The notes under the pieces: model-generated
Seen by the model: the letters and a program-made list of their open reading frames with translations, nothing else
What the model was told of the DNA's origin: nothing
Database searches by the model: none
Translations under genes and position numbers: made by a program
Part shown: positions 41,127-52,466 of the stretch, in pieces
Numbering within the stretch: position 1 is the stretch's first letter
Layout of the letters: every line of letters begins with the position of its first letter
Origin: Sedimentisphaerales bacterium
Lineage (GTDB): Bacteria; Planctomycetota; Phycisphaerae; Sedimentisphaerales; SM23-30
DNA length: 64,000 nucleotides
NCBI GenBank assembly: GCA_963663805.2
Contig: CAXXMR010000012.1
Span: 160,001-224,000 of the forward strand
Direction: 5' to 3'

Positions 41127-41652
41127 TTAATTGACCTGCTGTTCCGCAATTGCCTGGGCTAACTGTTCCTGAGAGGTAGATGGCGTAACCTGGTCAAAAA
41201 GCTGTACGCAGATATGATCGATACGCTTGTACTTTAAGTCGTTTACTTTTTCGCGTCCCCATTTCATCTCGCCATACCTGACGGCTCCAGTCGAGCGTTT
41301 TCGGACTCAGCAGACTTGTCGCCGGATGCCGCAGACGTGAACCTTCAGCCATTTCCCGCAGCAGTTTCTTATCTGTTTCACCCAGCTTCAATACGCCCAG
41401 CAAACCCTCAAAGAGCTCCTCCGGACCCTTGTCCTGCTGCTCCTGCCGATGAGCGTATTTCCACAGCTTCGCCGTCATAACCGCCAGCGTCACCGCCCCC
41501 AGTATCATAAACAATACCACGCCCCACTGTATTATATTGCCTTTGGTGCTGCCGGTGAACGCATTACGAAACGAGCTTAGAGTCTCGTCAAACTTGTCAT
41601 TTATTTCCGCCAGTACCAGCAGCGATTCAAACAGAAGCGATAAAATCTGCAT
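41127..41652 (-). CDS. Hypothetical membrane protein (probable frameshift near 41257)
   Basis: TM segment; called ORF ends at 41194, but the neighbouring frame continues REKVNDLKYKRIDHICVQLFD...QQVN* to 41127. Confidence 0.5.
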
Positions 41653-43531
41653 ATTTCATTTCCTTACCCGAACTGGTTTTCCTGACCACAGGTTCCATGT
41701 TCGGCTGGGCGATTATCTTCTGGGGCTCCAGTTGCTTGAGAACCCATTGGGCGCTGAGTCGATGTGGCGGTCGACCGTCAGTCAGCATCTTATCCAGTGC
41801 CTGCCGGACCGATTCGACTTTCCATTCCAACAGAGTTTTAATTGCGTTAGCCCGTACCCGATTATTCGAGCTGTTGGTCATCTTCTCAATAATTTCCGAT
41901 TGGCCCTGAGCGTTGCGTTCTTCCAAAGCCTCCACAGCGTTAGCCTGAACACGGGTATCACGATCATTCAATGCTTCCATCAGACATTGCTCGGTCCGTA
42001 TCTCCAGTTCACGCGACATATTCCGAACCCGACCCAAAGCCGCCACCGCGCTGCTGCGCACCATCCGGTCAGAATCATTCGCAAGCTCCATCAGAGTTTC
42101 CACGCATTCACCGTTATCTTCCAGAACTTTAACCATCTGCACTGCCCGCAAACGCTGTTCCGGATTGCCCGAATGGGCGTAACTACGCCAGCAGTTATAT
42201 GCGTCCGGGTCAATCTTGAAGACCGCCTGACCAGTAGTTTTCTGCTGTTTCGGAGCCATCCGCTCAAACTTCTTCCAGTATTGTTCAAAAGCCACCGAAC
42301 GGAACCGGCTCCGCCCCAGCTCCTGTACCGCTTCGTGCGGACTGGTCAGTAATTTCGATAGAACCGACGACGGCACCTGAGAGGCATTGTTGTTAAGTAT
42401 CTTGCCCGCCGCCAGCGCGATGGTGGGATGAGACGATTGCAATGCCCGCATCAAGACCCCCACACTCGCCTGAACCGGTAAATCTTTCACTAGACGCAGC
42501 ACCCGTCCAGCGACCTGAGCGTCCTTTGTATCAATTATTTGTTCCAGATAACCGCAAACCTGCTCAGCCCCCGCCGACATGTTGCCAATCAGCTCCAGAA
42601 TCTCCCCCAATTCATCCTTAGTCAACCCCTTTGTCGGCATTATCGCATGGTTAAGCCATTGCGGATGACGAACCATCCGCAGACCCTTGCAAATCGCTTC
42701 ATTGTGATTACGTTCAAATTCCTCCGCCACAGCGATAATAAAGCCCGGCCGAGTATGCTTATTAATACTATGGGCCGCCGATGAACGCAGATGGATATGA
42801 CCCAACGCCGAAATACAAAACTTAGCCGCCGCCGGTTCACTGCAGGAACGTACAAGTTCCTGAACCGCCGCACCCGAAGGGGTGTAATTATGCAGAGTCT
42901 CACCCCAGAATTCCTCATCGTCGGCTGGAACAACATACATCGCCGCCAATAACGCTTCCGGTCGACGATGAATATTATAATTCCGCACCCCCCGACTCAA
43001 CGCTGAACGAAAGTTCACGCGAATCTCATCGGTATTCGCCGGAGCAAAATCACTGTCAATCAGTATAGCTTTTTCCGCCTCATCCGAACTCGTCGCCGTC
43101 CGCGGTGCCGCAAAATGATTTTTCGCAATCTGCTCAGCCATACTCAACAAAACATTGCCCGCTCGCTGACCGATATTAGCTGTCCGGTCCGACAGAAGAT
43201 TAACCACAACATCCGCCAGCCGCAAATCACCGGTATATCTAATAATAGACAGGCAATTCTGACGAGCCTGATGCCCACCTCGCGCCGCCTTCCGCAAACC
43301 ACGGTGCAGACGGGTTATCTGATTTACCATCGTATCCTGCCAGGGCTTGGCATAATTATCATAATTATTGACCAGCTCAGCCGTCTCTTCCGAGCCCCGT
43401 TCCAGCAGTGTCTCAAAAATCACCGTCAGATAAGGCTCTTCAGCCCGACGCAGAGCATGTACCAACGCCTTGTCAGCCGCCGGAGTATCGCTGGCAGATA
43501 GATAGTCATAGATTGTCATTGCCTGGCTCAT
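41627..43531 (-). CDS. HEAT-repeat protein
   Basis: C-terminal DSDRMVRSSA, DRDTRVQANA and NNRVRANA repeats; GAGGT before ATG 43531. Confidence 0.8.
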   Translation of the reverse strand: MSQAMTIYDYLSASDTPAADKALVHALRRAEEPYLTVIFETLLERGSEETAELVNNYDNYAKPWQDTMVNQITRLHRGLRKAARGGHQARQNCLSIIRYTGDLRLADVVVNLLSDRTANIGQRAGNVLLSMAEQIAKNHFAAPRTATSSDEAEKAILIDSDFAPANTDEIRVNFRSALSRGVRNYNIHRRPEALLAAMYVVPADDEEFWGETLHNYTPSGAAVQELVRSCSEPAAAKFCISALGHIHLRSSAAHSINKHTRPGFIIAVAEEFERNHNEAICKGLRMVRHPQWLNHAIMPTKGLTKDELGEILELIGNMSAGAEQVCGYLEQIIDTKDAQVAGRVLRLVKDLPVQASVGVLMRALQSSHPTIALAAGKILNNNASQVPSSVLSKLLTSPHEAVQELGRSRFRSVAFEQYWKKFERMAPKQQKTTGQAVFKIDPDAYNCWRSYAHSGNPEQRLRAVQMVKVLEDNGECVETLMELANDSDRMVRSSAVAALGRVRNMSRELEIRTEQCLMEALNDRDTRVQANAVEALEERNAQGQSEIIEKMTNSSNNRVRANAIKTLLEWKVESVRQALDKMLTDGRPPHRLSAQWVLKQLEPQKIIAQPNMEPVVRKTSSGKEMKYADFIASV

Positions 43532-43703
43532 ATTATACCTCGTCATATATATCGACCAGCTCCCTCATGACTCTTCAGGAAATGACCGATAACCTTTCCA
43601 TTAACCATAATTTAGTTGGGATTTCGGCAATAATTACCAATAAATCGCTATTATCAATGCTTCCCGACCGTACAAAACGCTGCGTACAATCCTTGTGTAT
43701 TGA

Positions 43704-43958
43704 TTGTGGATAACTTTTCGCGGTATCGCCAAAGTATTGCAAGGTGGACTTTAATATATTTTCGATTTGGGCCTACGTAATTTATTACCCGTCAGAAAAC
43801 TATGGTTACAAATCCATTGCCCTGAATGACTAACGGTAAATCCCCAAAATTAGCCCAATTTCCTCGATTCGTTATAACAACCAGCTTATCGGGCCCAAAA
43901 ATAAACCTGTCCCCATATTTTATAGGCCCCCCGTCGGTATATTTTTTGTGGATAACTT
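43704..43958. promoter_or_regulatory. Second DnaA-box pair in an AT-rich divergent intergenic region
   Basis: Identical 13-mers TTGTGGATAACTT at 43704-43716 and 43946-43958, each containing a perfect DnaA box. Confidence 0.6.
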
Positions 43959-44118
43959 GTCAAAAACTTTTCCCTCTACTATCAGCTAACAATTTAACCT
44001 CTTGCTAATAAACTCCTTACAAAGTGCATTGCAAATAGAGCTTTTTTGATATAACTCGCTTATCAGCCAAGTTTCCCCGGCAATTTTGACGATACATTCC
44101 CTAGAGGACACAGATTTT

Positions 44119-44562
44119 ATGAGGCATATACCTATCAAAAATAAATTTGCGACAATAATGTCCTGTTTGTTAATCAGCGTTGTCTGGGCTGGCGGGTGTC
44201 AGCAGCCCAGCCACGTCTACAAGCAGCATGTTGGCCCAGCCGGGGTTGAATATGCCCGTATCAACATTGAAACACAGGATTTACAGCAGGGGATGGAAAG
44301 AATGTTTTTCCAGATTCAAAGCAGGCTAGGCCCCGTTGACTCCGAGGTTATTATCAGAGACCACCTGGAAAGTATTCGCCGGGACTTATACCATACCGGT
44401 TTCAGCAGAATCAGAAATCTATATATAAACGGAACTTATGTTGATATAGACATTTATTTCTGTGATGATATCGCCCCGGCCCGACTTACTCTCGATGCCC
44501 GTTTCGACGGCGAATATCAGCCCCGGCTTTCACAGGTAAACTGCTATTACCGCTCATTCTGA
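44119..44562 (+). CDS. Hypothetical lipoprotein
   Basis: Hydrophobic stretch ending in AGGC; start uncertain. Confidence 0.55.
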   Translation: MRHIPIKNKFATIMSCLLISVVWAGGCQQPSHVYKQHVGPAGVEYARINIETQDLQQGMERMFFQIQSRLGPVDSEVIIRDHLESIRRDLYHTGFSRIRNLYINGTYVDIDIYFCDDIAPARLTLDARFDGEYQPRLSQVNCYYRSF

Positions 44563-44706
44563 GCACATAATAATTCTTTCCCAGAAACAACTTATACAAA
44601 ATCTGCTCTTTTATTTGAGATTTTGCTCCAGGTTGGATATATTGTTTCCAACGGAACACAATCCGCGAACAACATAGAATATCCCAACCGGAGTATAATA
44701 TAAGTC

Positions 44707-47700
44707 ATGGAAGATAAAGGCTTTACTCATTTACACGTACACAGTGAATACAGCCTCCTCGACGGAGCCTGCCAGGTCAAAAAGCTAGTCAAGACCGCCG
44801 GCGAACTTGGCATGACCTCACTGGCCCTCACCGACCACGGCAACATGTTCGGTGCCCTGACCTTCTATTCCGCCTGTGTCGCCGCCGGCATAAAGCCCAT
44901 CATCGGCACCGAAGCATATATCGCCCCCGGCTCTCGCAAAGACCGCGAAGCTAAAGGTATCGGCGAAGCCGCCTACCATCTCATCCTACTGGCCCAGAAC
45001 CGCACCGGCTACCACAACCTACTCAAGCTCGCCAGCAGTGCCTACCTCGAAGGGTTCTATTACCGCCCGCGCATAGACCGTGAAATTCTCAGTCAGCATT
45101 CCGAAGGTCTTATCTGTTGCTCAGCGTGTTTAGCCGGAGAACTGCCCACCTTCCTCGCCAAAGGTGAACGAGACAAAGCCGTTGAAGCCGCCCTGTATTA
45201 CAAAAAACTTTTTGGCCCCGACCGGTTTTATGTCGAAATCCAGAGTCACTGTGCCGACCAGAACGCGGTAAACCCACTTCTAATTGAGCTGGCTCACGAG
45301 CTGGACATCCCCCTGGTCGCCACCAACGACGTTCACTTCCTGCGCGAGCAGGACTACGAGGCCCACGAAGTGCTGACCTGTCTGAGCACCGGCAAGACTT
45401 TCGAGGACGATAACCGCCTGAAATACCCGCGCGGCCTGTTCCTCAAGAGTGCCCAACAGATGCGGGAGATGTTCCCAGATTGCCCCGAAGCCTGTGACAA
45501 CACCCTGAAAATCGCTGACATGTGCGACCTCAAGCTCGATTTTGGTCAGCAGCACGCCCCGGTCTACATTCCCCGGACAACAAGACCCCCGAAGAATATC
45601 TCGAAGAGCTTTGTCTCGAAGGCGTAAAAAAACGTTATGGCGAAATGACCGAAGAAATCAAAGAACGCCTCTATCGCGAACTGGACGTTATTCGCGGCAA
45701 GGACTTCTCCAGTTATTTCCTCATAGTCTGGGATTTTATGAACTATGCCCGCCGTACCGGCATTCCCTGCGGGACTCGTGGCAGTGGTGTTGGTACGCTG
45801 GTAGGTTACGTCCTGAATATCGGCAATGTTGAACCCTTGGAGTACGGCCTGCTCTTCGAACGGTTCATGGACCCCGAACGCAGCGAAATGCCTGATATCG
45901 ACGTTGACATCTGCCAGAATGGTCGCGGCGACATTATCAATTACGTAAGAAATAAATACGGCCATGTCGCCCAGATTATCACCTATGGAACCATGAAAGC
46001 ACGCGCCGTCATCCGCGATGTCAGCCGCGTTCTGAATGTCCCGCTCGGCGATGCCGATAAACTTGCCAAGCTCGTACCCGAAACGCTAAACATAAAACTC
46101 AAGGACGCCATCGAACAGGAACCCCAGATTCCTGAATGGTGCAATAAAGACCCCAAAATCGCCAAGGTTATCGAAATCGGAAAAACCCTCGAAGGAATGG
46201 CCCGACACGCTTCGGTACACGCCGCCGGTGTAGTTATCGCCGACCAGCCCCTCGACGATTTCCTGCCTCTCTACAAAGCCGCCGATTCCGACGATGTCAT
46301 TACCCAATATGACGGACCAACCTGCGACAAAGTCGGCCTGCTGAAAATGGACTTTCTGGGCTTGCGAACACTGACCACCATCGAAAGAGCACGCCAACTT
46401 GTAAAGCTCGGCAAAAATTATGACCTCGACCCCAACAACCTCGACCTTACCGACCAGAACGTGCTCAACCTTTTCGGCGAAGGACGCACCAAGGGCATGT
46501 TCCAGTTTGAGTCAGGCGGCATGCGAGACCTGCTCCAGAAAATGAAGCCCGACCGCATCGGCGATTTAATCGCCGCAAACGCTCTCTATCGCCCAGGCCC
46601 CATGGCCCTTATCCCCGACTATAACGGACGCAAGCACGGTGAATCATGGTCCCTGCCCCATCCCATTATGGAGGAGGTACTCAAAGAAACTTACGGCATT
46701 ATGATTTACCAGGAACAGGTCATGCAGATTCTCAATCGGCTCGGCGACCTGCCCTTGGCACGTGCCTACAAACTGATTAAAGCCATCAGCAAAAAGAAGC
46801 ACAGTATTATCAATGCCGAAATGGGGACCTTTATTGAAGGTTGTGTCGCCAAGGGCATCGACAAAAAGAAAGCCGAAGAGCTTTTCGAGCTTATCCAGAA
46901 ATTCGCCGGCTACGGCTTCAATAAAAGCCATTCCACTCAATATGCAATCCTGGCTTTCCAGACCGCCTTCTTCAAAACCTATTTCCCCACCGAATTCATG
47001 GCTGCCTTGCTGACTTTTGAAATGGGCTCAACCGAAAAAGTCGCCGAGTACATCGACGAATGCAAGAGCATGGACATCCAGGTTCTGCCCCCAGACGTAA
47101 ACGAAAGTTTCGCCGACTTCACCGTTATTTACGATGAATCCGTCAAAAAGAAAAAAGGCCCCTACGAACTCAAGCCCATCGAAAAAGTCCAGGGCGAACG
47201 CATCCGTTTCGGAATGGCCGCCGTCAAAGGTGTCGGCGAACGAGCCGTCGAGGAAATAATCCGCGCTCGCGAAGAAATCGGCAAGTTTGAGAGCATCTAC
47301 CAGTTGTGCCAGCATATCGATACGCGCCTAGTCAACAAAGGAGCCCTGGAAGCACTTGTCAAAGCTGGCGCCTTCGATTCGCTCGGCGGACATCGGGGCC
47401 AGACCATGGCCGCTCTGGAAGACGCCGTGAGAATCGGCAACGAACTCCAGAAAGACAAAGCCCAGGGACAAATGAGTTTCTTCGACGCTTTTGAGGAAGA
47501 CGAGGAACTCAAGGAAGAAGCCGCCAAACTCCCCGACGTTGAACCATGGCCCAAACCCCTCATGCTCCAGTACGAACGCGATGTACTCGGTCTCTATGTC
47601 ACTTCCCATCCCTTGGCAGATTATGCCCAGGACATCTACTATTACAGCACCGCCCACACCAACACCCTGACAAATCTCCGCCCCGATTCCGAAGTCATTA

Positions 47701-48223
47701 TCGGCGGCATGATTTCCCGCATGAGATATTGTGTAACCAAAAACGGCAGAGGGCAGGCTCACGCATGGCCATGTTCACGCTGGAAGATTTGAATGGAACC
47801 GTTGACGGTGTGATTTTTCCCGACGGACTAGCCCAGTTCGACCATCTCATGCAGGTCGATGGCATGGTTTTTCTTCGCGGCATAGTCGATTTCCGCCGTG
47901 AAGAGCCTTCCCTGAAAGTCAATGAGGTCTATGACATGTCACACGCCGCCGAAGAACTGACCCATGCGGTGTTTGTCCATCTCGATAGAGAGCTGACCAA
48001 CGAAAAATTGCTCAGAAATTTCCAGTCGCTTTGCGAACATCATCGCGGCAAGTGTCCCGTTTATGTCGAAATCGCCGCGCGGGGACATATGAACGTGGTT
48101 ATACAAATCGAAAAAACCGTTCGCCCCGATACCGATTTCTGCCGTCAGCTTGATGCTCTGATAGGACCCGAAAACCGTAAACTGCTAAGACCCCACGACC
48201 GAATCCAGAAAGCCACCGCCTGA
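44707..48223 (+). CDS. dnaE: DNA polymerase III alpha subunit (split over three ORFs by two frameshifts)
   Basis: HLHVHSEYSLLDG, TDHGNMFG, RGSG, PDIDVD, KMDFLGL, FQFES, YGFNKSH and OB fold; frame changes at C4 45571-45574 and G3 47751-47753. Confidence 0.95.
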
Positions 48224-48285
48224 AAAACAACCCCCGTCTTTCGTGGCGGGCTTCCGACCACCAATCCAAAAACAATCCCCCTGCA

Positions 48286-48312
48286 AAAGCCGAGCCGCGT
48301 AAGCGGCCGGAT
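48286..48312 (+). repeat. REP-like short hairpin copy
   Basis: AAAGCCGA-GCCGC-GTAA-GCGGC-CGGA. Confidence 0.82.
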
Positions 48313-48358
48313 TCGACCACTCAAAACCGTTATTTACATACCCCCACCACCCGGCGGA

Positions 48359-48864
48359 CTATCCTTCAATACTCAGATTAGAACCAACTTCCTGAAGAAT
48401 ATGATTGAACCGATTGTCCGACTCTGACCATTAGGCGCCGGAATCTCGACATTATATGCCGCCGAGGCCGCCCCGCCCCGCTCTTCCTGAAGTTTCTCCA
48501 TCAGCAGCAACCACGTCTCCCGAATATGGCGAATAACCCGCAGGGCATCATCCAGCGGCTCCAGCTCCTTGGAAATATTCGCTGTCACCAGCCGGTCATA
48601 AATGAACATATACAGCGAACGCATTTTCGCGCAGGTTTCCGGAGCGATTTCATCTTTCATTGACAAAGCCAGTTCCATAATGATTTTTTCCGCTTTGGAA
48701 ATACCGTTGAAACTATCCTCAATTTTTCTCTCCAGAATAGCGCTGCGGGCCTGCTCACAAAAACGAATAGCACCATCGTAAAGCATAAGTTGGAGCTTCT
48801 CCGGCGAAGCTGTAAGAACCTTCGTCTTCAGATATTCATTGGATGTGCTGCTTTTAGCTTCCAT
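48359..48864 (-). CDS. fliS: Flagellar export chaperone FliS (probable frameshift in the tail)
   Basis: YLKTKVLTASPEKLQLMLYDGAIRF, LYMFI, IRETW. Called ORF ends at 48373; the alternative frame ends SNLSIEG* at 48359. Confidence 0.9.
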
Positions 48865-48899
48865 ACTATTCTCTTAAAATCACTTTTGGCCGAACCAGG

Positions 48900-51800
48900 T
48901 TAGGAGCTCGAACTGCTGGCGATGGAACTCAGCGATGACAAAGCCGATTGCTGACTTTGCATCGAGGCCAACGCACTCTCCATCGCGTAAAATTGACTGT
49001 AAAGTCTTTCTTCCTTGGCCGTAAGCCGCTCGGCCATAGTCTCAATACGAGTTTCATATAACTTCTGTCGGTCTGACATGCTGTCTAGTCTGTTCGTAAT
49101 AGTACTATCGGTTGTTCCCGCCAGGTTCTCCAATAACTCACTAATATAAGACCCCATGCTGTCGTCGCCGTCCGTAAAGAAATTACTCACGCCCTTCGGG
49201 TCATCCTCATAGGCCGCCCGAAAGTCGCTTTCCGAAAACTGGAGCTTTAGCGAACTGCCCACCGCGTAAGATTTGCCATCCACCGTTTCCATCGACAGAG
49301 GAGCATAACTGATGCCCACCGTGGACATCCGGTTGTATGACCCGCTGTTCGGCACAATATAGCTTACAATGGAACGTAAAGCCGTGCGAATGGAGTTGAT
49401 TACCGGGTCCGAGTGCAGCAAACCTCGCTCGTAAGTCGAGGTGTTAAAGCTCGTCAAATCGTCCAGCTCGTCAATGATGGTATTATAGTTCTCCACAAAA
49501 CTGGAAATCTGCGAAGTAATAGTCTCAATGTCGTTACTTACTTCAATATTGATAACCTCATCACTTGCCTTGAGTAAATCCAGAGTCACCCCTTTGACAA
49601 CATCTTCCACCCTATTGGTCGAACTGTGGATAAGCATCGGATTTTCACTGTCCGAACCGAAAAATACTATCGCGTCCTGGGCCTTGCTCAGGGTCTTGGT
49701 TGTAAAAGATGTTTTGCCGGGATCAATATAGATAGTACCGCTCTTGCCGTCAACTTCACTGTACATACTGATGCGATAGCCGCTGCCGTCATTAACAATA
49801 GTGGCGTTAATACCAATCCCGGCCTCATTTATCTGGTCAACCACATCCTGAAGATCGTCACCGCCGCCCAGATCAATCTTAAACTCAAACGAACCATCAA
49901 TATAATTATTGCTGCCCGTGCTTGCCCCCGCAATATTCAAATCAGATGCCGTCGTCGAACCAGTCGCGTCCGCAACCTTGATCGCCAAATTACCTTCGCT
50001 GATGTCATCATACAGCAGCAAACCGTCACCCGTGTCATTTATCCGCGCCCGAATATTTGTGCCCGCGGTGTTTATCTCGTCAATCACATCTTCGATAGTC
50101 GAAATGTTAGTCTGGGCCAGATTGATGGTCTGGGTCTCGCCGTCCCGGTCGGTAATGGTGAACTTGCCGCGAAAGACTCCCTCGCCGTGGTTAAGTTCGT
50201 CAAGGTCCATCGATTCCGAAAAATATTGCAATTGCAGATTGCCACTGTTCACCGAAGTAACATTACCGTTTGCCGCGATACCCAGTTGAGCCGCCAGGGT
50301 CCCGCTGCTGTCTTCAACAACCAGCCCGCTCGACCCCGTTGATGAATCCGTAAGCTGTAAACCGTTACCCACCGAATTATAACCCGCTGTAATATTTGTC
50401 CCCGACGAATTAATCGCGTCAATTACATCCTGTACCGTAAGAGCACCCGTCAAATCAACCTCAGCCTCATTGCCGTCATTGTCCAACAGATGAATGATTC
50501 CACCTTCGGTAATCGCGCTCGCCGAATCCCGCCCGCCGTTCAGCGAACTCAGCATAACGGTATTAAGCCCCGCGATAAGCCTGCCCCCGTCCCCATTTTC
50601 GTCAATATCCAGCAGTCCCAAATCTGCCGCCAGCCGACTTACTTCGCCTTTGGCGTTTTCACCCGCCGTAACTGTAACTGCCGTTGCCGTACTGCCCGGC
50701 ACAGGCCGAATACCTGTCGCCGTTACATTAAGACCCGTGCCCGCGTCATTGACAGAAACCTCAACAATCCCGTCATTCTCCCAGTGATTGTTGATCGCGT
50801 TCATCACATCGCCGAGAGTCTCCATGTGCCAGACTTTTTCGCCAAAAATATTTGTGCCGGTCGTATCACCCACAATACCCAAATCATTAGCGGCGTAACC
50901 ACCGTCCAGATCTTCAATAATAAAATTACTCCTGGACTTGCCATCCTCATCCGCTCCAACCATCTCACTGTTATCTGTAACGGTAAGGTTGTCGTCACCA
51001 TTAAAACTTAACGTAATATCCATACCGTGGTCAGCAGCCGTAGTCTCCACCAGGTATTTCAGCTCACCCAGAGTCTCCACACCGGTTGTATCAATGTCAA
51101 CCGAAAGACCGTTCTGGTCCGTAATCCGGAATTGGCCTTCACGTACCCCCGCACCACGATTCAAAGATTGCAGTGTTGTGCTGCGCGCCCGGTCATTGTT
51201 TGTGTCTTCGCTGTCGTTGCCGACCTGAACACCGTACATCGTCGTCCGCAAATCAACTTCCAGAGTCTCGCCGCCCGCACTGAATATCAGGTCAGCCGCC
51301 CCGCCGTGCGAGTCCAGATCACGAACACCGTTACCATCATTCAATGCCCTCAGCAGCGTATTCGAACTGACCGAAAAGATGTCATTGCCCGCGTAACGAT
51401 TATTACCCAGACTTGTCAGAGACGAAAGACCCAGACTATCAGCCGTATCGGATGCCTCAACTTTCATCTCAGATGCCCCCCCCGCCGTGTCCGTCAAAAC
51501 CAGATGGTCGCCCGAAACACTCGCCGTTACATCAATTGTCCGGTCTTTGTTTATCGCGTCCAGAACATCCTGCATCGTCAACGCCATCGTCAAATCAATG
51601 TCAGATGTATTACCCTCCGAGTCGGTTATCGTAAGTTTACCACGCGTAATACCCTGCTGGCCGTTAATGAAATCTAAATCTGTCGTACGCTTCAGCTGGC
51701 CCTGGCCAATCTCAAAACTGATTGTGCCATTGCCGATAGGGGATTCCACGCTGGAAAACGACGACGTCACCAGTTGATGGTTCGACGCCAGCCGCTTGAC

Positions 51801-52097
51801 AATGAAATCGTAAGACCCTGCCGTGGCATACTGAGTCGCCGAAGCCGTCAGCAAGGTCTCATCGCTGCTGCTAACAGCCTTCTTATTGAATATCGCTTCC
51901 TTGTCAAAATTTATCGCGCTTACCTGAAGAGCGACTATCTTCGCCTGAAGCTCTGTCAATGCCGCCTGCTGATTGGTCAGAATCTCAGCACGAGACTCGA
52001 TCTGCTCCTTGCCAGCAGACTCAATCGCCATCAACTGAGTCACGATACTCTCTATGTCCATCCCGGATATTAACCCGGTTCCTGAGGTAATTGTCAT
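48900..52097 (-). CDS. fliD: Flagellar filament cap protein FliD (very long)
   Basis: N-terminal GLISGMDIESIVTQLMAIE; AQDA; GVTLDL; FVENYN; C-terminal QFYAMESALASMQSQQ; upstream of fliS. Confidence 0.92.
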   Translation of the reverse strand: MTITSGTGLISGMDIESIVTQLMAIESAGKEQIESRAEILTNQQAALTELQAKIVALQVSAINFDKEAIFNKKAVSSSDETLLTASATQYATAGSYDFIVKRLASNHQLVTSSFSSVESPIGNGTISFEIGQGQLKRTTDLDFINGQQGITRGKLTITDSEGNTSDIDLTMALTMQDVLDAINKDRTIDVTASVSGDHLVLTDTAGGASEMKVEASDTADSLGLSSLTSLGNNRYAGNDIFSVSSNTLLRALNDGNGVRDLDSHGGAADLIFSAGGETLEVDLRTTMYGVQVGNDSEDTNNDRARSTTLQSLNRGAGVREGQFRITDQNGLSVDIDTTGVETLGELKYLVETTAADHGMDITLSFNGDDNLTVTDNSEMVGADEDGKSRSNFIIEDLDGGYAANDLGIVGDTTGTNIFGEKVWHMETLGDVMNAINNHWENDGIVEVSVNDAGTGLNVTATGIRPVPGSTATAVTVTAGENAKGEVSRLAADLGLLDIDENGDGGRLIAGLNTVMLSSLNGGRDSASAITEGGIIHLLDNDGNEAEVDLTGALTVQDVIDAINSSGTNITAGYNSVGNGLQLTDSSTGSSGLVVEDSSGTLAAQLGIAANGNVTSVNSGNLQLQYFSESMDLDELNHGEGVFRGKFTITDRDGETQTINLAQTNISTIEDVIDEINTAGTNIRARINDTGDGLLLYDDISEGNLAIKVADATGSTTASDLNIAGASTGSNNYIDGSFEFKIDLGGGDDLQDVVDQINEAGIGINATIVNDGSGYRISMYSEVDGKSGTIYIDPGKTSFTTKTLSKAQDAIVFFGSDSENPMLIHSSTNRVEDVVKGVTLDLLKASDEVINIEVSNDIETITSQISSFVENYNTIIDELDDLTSFNTSTYERGLLHSDPVINSIRTALRSIVSYIVPNSGSYNRMSTVGISYAPLSMETVDGKSYAVGSSLKLQFSESDFRAAYEDDPKGVSNFFTDGDDSMGSYISELLENLAGTTDSTITNRLDSMSDRQKLYETRIETMAERLTAKEERLYSQFYAMESALASMQSQQSALSSLSSIASSSSS

Positions 52098-52174
52098 TTC
52101 GGTTCTCCCTGTCGGGATTGTTATGCCGGTTCCACCAACAAAAAATCAGGCGCGCACATCGCCGCCTATCACAA

Positions 52175-52202
52175 TTATCGGTCGTTCAGTAATCCCACTT
52201 GA
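52175..52202 (-). promoter_or_regulatory. Putative sigma28 (FliA) promoter of fliD-fliS
   Basis: Minus strand TCAAG-N15-ACCGATAA, about 80 bp before fliD. Confidence 0.6.
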
Positions 52203-52466
52203 AGTATTGACCAGATGACCGACCAGTTTATTAACTATATCTAAAAAATTTAGGTGGGCCCAATTTGGGGCTGGACTTTAACCTGAATTATTTCAATGAC
52301 TTATACCGAAATAAAGAAGGTGAAGCTCCAGCCCTAAAAATCAGAATTTTCAGACTTTTTTGAGGCCAAAGTCCGCAAATTGTCCAGAATTTATATGCCA
52401 GATTGGACCGCCTGATTATAACCGCTAAAATAGATAAGACCTTACAAATACGAAAGAGAGCAAATA

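Noticed and set aside
44707..48223. Naturally split or intein-containing dnaE, or programmed frameshifting
   Set aside because: No intein motifs or slippery heptamers; single-base additions in short G/C runs restore one frame, and similar shifts occur in other genes.
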